Shown: in pieces, positions 60,365-64,000 of the stretch
Numbering within the stretch: position 1 is the first letter of the stretch
Layout: each line of letters opens with the position of its first letter
Assembly: GCA_973895155.1 (NCBI GenBank)
Contig: OZ316892.1
Location: 19,913,869-19,977,868 of the forward strand
From: Marsupella aquatica
Taxonomy: Eukaryota > Plantae > Marchantiophyta
Length of the DNA: 64,000 nucleotides
Reading direction: 5' to 3'
Translations under genes and position numbers: made by a program
The notes under the pieces: generated by a model
The model's database searches: none
What the model was told of the DNA's origin: nothing
The model's input: only the letters and a program-made list of their open reading frames with translations

Positions 60365-60725
60365 GTAGAGGTGTCTCTCCAGGGCACAGGCATTCCCTTT
60401 TCTTAGTAGGGTTGAGAAGGTAGGTTTAGGACCTCTAGTTGAATCCCTTTGCTTGACCCTCTTGGAAAAGTTGTGGTTGTTTTCTTTTAGAGAATTGAGG
60501 TGTCTCTCCAAGGCTCACCCATACACTATTCTTAGTAGGGTTGAGACAGGAGGTTTTAGGGCTTCTAGTCAAATCCCTTTGCTTGACCCTCTTGGAAACA
60601 GTGGGGGGTGTTTTCTTTTAGAGAATTGAGGTGTCTCTCAAAGGCTCAGGCATTCACTATTCTCACTGGGGGATAGACCTTGGGTTTTAGGGCCCTTGAT
60701 CAGATCCCTCAGTCTGCTTGACTCT
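60365..60725. repeat. ~130-bp tandem repeat (~3 units), probably TE-derived
   Basis: GAGGTGTCTCTC.A.GGC.CA...TCCCTTTGCTTGACCCTCTTGGAAA recurring at ~60368, ~60497 and ~60628. Confidence 0.75.
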
Positions 60726-63269
60726 CCTATGGAGTTCAGACTGGAATTGTACCCAGGACTGTACTTTTGCCAATAGTAGGTTTTTCCTTTTTGTTCCTTG
60801 CTTTTGTCGGGCAGGGCTTAGGCTATGCCTCTTTGGACTTTATGGCTCTTTTGTTTCTTCCCCTTAATTGGGTCTTTTGTTTGTGAGATCCCGTCTCCCG
60901 GTTGGGAGCCTTTTGTTTTCTGGTGGTTTGATATATAATAGAGCATAGAAATATGTTATGAGGGGTCACTTAATTTTTATTTTTATTTTGCCAAGGTGGC
61001 GAACATTTACTTACAGAGAATATGCTAGAATTCTCCTTATCTAATTTTCCTATATTTGTTTGTGACTCTCATCCTCCTAGATTTAAGGATAACCCACTAG
61101 TGGGTCTATGGCTAGGTGAGATCCAGAATTCATTTTTCTCTTTATTGTAATGTCATTGTTTTCATTGTGTTTACTACAAAAATTCTTTGCTGCCCCTCAT
61201 GAGAACTGCAATTGCCATAGCCCTGCTTTATCAACATTGGGAGGGGTAGCAATTGAATTGGGAACACTAGTAGTCTTATGATTCTTTGGTGCAAGCATGG
61301 CACAGGGAAGAAGAGTATTTCTGGGTTTGGGATACCCGTGATGGACAGAAAAATGTTCTCATTTCCAATGATGAGAGGCACAGGTCACAATATGTGATTC
61401 TGAACAGAGGCCTGTTGTCTTGATTGGAGAAGTGGGAGCTGTCTACTGTAGCTTGAGAGGCAACTCGCTTGAGGAAGTTAGACTTGAAACTGCTCAAAAT
61501 CAACCTGGCTAGTTTTTGCAGCGTTTGACTTAGGTGTGCTACCAAGACGCTTGGTGCATGATAAATGGAAATGTGGTTGCCATATCGGATTTGAGGGTCT
61601 TGACTGCATGAAATTTCACTTAAAAATGCTTAGCCATGAATACACTTAGGGAAAAGGTTAAAACTCAAAAACACTCAATCAGTCATTGAGGCGGTTTAGG
61701 GTTTCTGCTGGGTGGTGTCTGTTTAGGGTTTAGGGTTTTTGTCCCCCAGTTGTGTGTTTTGGGGGTGTTTTGGCCCCTCCTTTGAAAAAAAGGGGGGGAA
61801 AAGAAGAAGAAAAAAAAGTCATTGAGGTGGTCCACTGCGTGTGCCCAGACACCCCACTCACTGCTCAGCAGTTTGCCCATGAAGCAGTTTTAAAGTCTCG
61901 AGGCAAACCCTATACACAACAACATATGCTCACCTGCAATTGTAGAACAAGTGTACCATTGTAGCCCCTTTACACCAACAAGAAGTGTAAACCTGAAACC
62001 CCTCAATGTCCTTTTGTCTATCCCATTTTAGGTTTTGTTTTAACAGAGACTCATTATCAGTTTTGTCTGTATTAGGGTCACAATATAGAGGCTTCACTCT
62101 AGACCTGGGCCCTTAAGAATATACTTTAGTTTGCATTTTTTTTGTAATAAGATAAATGAGCCATGAGGCTCTTGAGCATCAGGGTTTGTGAAAGGCCCGA
62201 CCAGCTTCCCCACCCATCTACACTCACCACAAGCAATAAACCTTGGCTGGAATGGTCACTTTCATCAATTGGTCTTAGCTGGCTGTATCTGCTAGCTTAT
62301 AGAGCACAGGACTACTCGTCTCAAGAGTAAAAAATGCTAGACCATGAGGTTAGGGTTCAAAAAGTGGGAGTAAAAAATGCTAGCTTTTTCTAATTTATGG
62401 CATGCAAAATTATCATCCACAGGTTAGGGAACAAAGGCAAATTCCAGTGTCTTGATTGAGTCGAGATCCGTAAACAGTAGAGATTGCTCCTTCTTTGATT
62501 TACTTTATGGTGCTTTAGGGTGCTGCAGCGCACTGTACAATGATAGATCACATCATCAACAGCCCCTTCAATAACGCCTCTGTCATGTCAAACGGCTGTG
62601 ATAGAGCTCTCGAAGTTATTGATGGTCGACAAAGGACTAGACCCAGCTCCCTCCCTCTTCTTCTCCTTCAGCTTGCTTGCACCCTGTCTATTGTACTGCC
62701 CTTCAGAGCAAGCTCGTCGACGTCAATGAAGAACTTCAGGGCAAACGAAGAATAGCAGATTTTGACGTTGAAAGAGTCGTTGGAACAACAATACATCAGT
62801 TTCCGTCCGATGCAACTGAGTTCTGGTGACAGTGTTTTGAATTCCAAAAGTTCACGACGGTACAAGTTGAATGTGTATGAACGTGCTTTTTCCCATGAAT
62901 AGAACAATAAGCTCGGTTTTCCTTAAATTCAATTTGCAATTCAGCGATTGCTAAATCAAGTATCTCGACTACAGGATTCAATGGTCAATTCCTTGTTGAG
63001 CTCGAATCGTCTGGAGGCATACTCCGATTCGCACAAGCTATTGAAAAACAACCTGTACATGTCATCGAGACACAGAAATACCAGTTGTTGAGCGGATAAT
63101 TATGTTTACTCAGAAGCAGAAGAGAAAAGGCACAAGGCAGGAGGCGATCTTTGTGCATGAATCAAATCATGAATCAAATTTTCCGTCAACAAGGTGTTGG
63201 CAGGGGGGCCATCACTGTGTTGGACTCATTCGCCTTCCTACACAACTGGAGCATTTCTAGCTTAATGTC

Positions 63270-63505
63270 TGCATCGACGAGTTGCTGATGAACTAGTCTG
63301 CGTCAACGGGCTGTTGATGAGACCTGATTCCCATACATTTTCGAATTAATTGACTCTTCATCGACGAGTTGCTGATGAAGTAGTCCGCGTCAACGGGCTG
63401 TTGATGAGACCTGATTCCCACGCATGTCTAGCATAATTTACTCTCCATCGGCTACTTGCTCTTGTAGTCTGCATCAACGGGCTGTTGATGAGACCTGATT
63501 CCCAC
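63270..63505. repeat. ~86-bp tandem repeat (3 units) downstream of the alliinase/TAA-like gene
   Basis: TAGTC.GC.TCAACGGGCTGTTGATGAGACCTGATTCCCA occurs three times. Confidence 0.85.
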
Positions 63506-63568
63506 ATTCTGCGTCTTCCTGGTTTACTTGTTATCGTTGGCGCGATGTCTCAAGAAGTGGAGGACACT

Positions 63569-63759
63569 CTAGCCAGCAACTAGAACAGACAGGTATTTCT
63601 CAAGTTGTTGATAGTCAGAATCTCGCTTGAGCAAAGAAAATCGGACATGGCGATTGGTGACTCCGTAGTTGACTCCTGGGTATGTTCTTATTCCCGAATT
63701 GAGAAACAGGTTGTAACAGTCTTCCTCCTCATCTCTGTTGCAGTAAACCCAAGCGTACG
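63569..63759 (-). CDS. Last exon of an alliinase / tryptophan-aminotransferase-related (TAA/TAR) PLP enzyme; gene extends beyond the window
   Basis: AYAWVYC...EEDCYNLFLNSGIRTYPG..YG....VRFSLLKRDSDY matches the Alliinase_C C-terminus; CAG acceptor at 63760-63762. Confidence 0.75.
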
Positions 63760-64000
63760 CTGCATAATACATATTGTTATTCAGATTGCACATAGGCCTG
63801 CTGCGAGAACATAAATGTGCATACCATTGAACAAGAAACTATCCGAAACACAAAAGGCAAAAAGGCCACAGGTAAATAAGAAAGACCAGGCAGCAAACTG
63901 CAAAAGGAATGAATACAAACGCACCCTTCTCAAAAAGGGCACCAGCAACGGCGCTCAAAATCAAATCTGGTGATTGAAAAGGTTATGTTATCGAAGCATC

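Noticed and set aside
61142-63060. Short ORFs, some Cys-rich, and TTTAGGG-like heptamers near 61695-61735
   Set aside because: The ORFs are interrupted and unassignable; the few telomere-like units are scattered telo-box-type motifs, not an array.

Overview
Eukaryotic genomic DNA from a land plant, probably a non-seed plant (inferred from the transposon lineages and intron-rich genes). The first ~40 kb is a nest of transposable elements. A Copia remnant hosts a 5'-truncated Ty3/Gypsy element with extra ORFs, and two unusual elements are inserted into that Gypsy. (1) A 12.3-kb TIR DNA transposon (7804-20135) has a Sola1/DUF7869-type transposase preceded by three Tnp1/En-Spm-like domains. On the opposite strand it carries a ParB-like domain, part of a beta-class N4/N6 DNA methyltransferase and an FCP1/NIF phosphatase domain, and it holds ~17 copies of a 17-bp CG-containing palindrome. 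(2) A young 9.4-kb Gypsy (23447-32865) has a complete C5-cytosine methyltransferase between protease and RT, a PHD finger after integrase, no tRNA PBS, and split terminal repeats (A...B-A-B). Four different TEs here each carry an array of their own dyad-symmetric CG motif. The right part has a long inverted repeat, a CRE-like non-LTR fragment, a ferredoxin/metallo-beta-lactamase gene, an ISWI remodeller gene with two candidate intronic H/ACA snoRNAs, and the last exon of an alliinase/TAA-family gene. All calls were made by eye, with no database searches.
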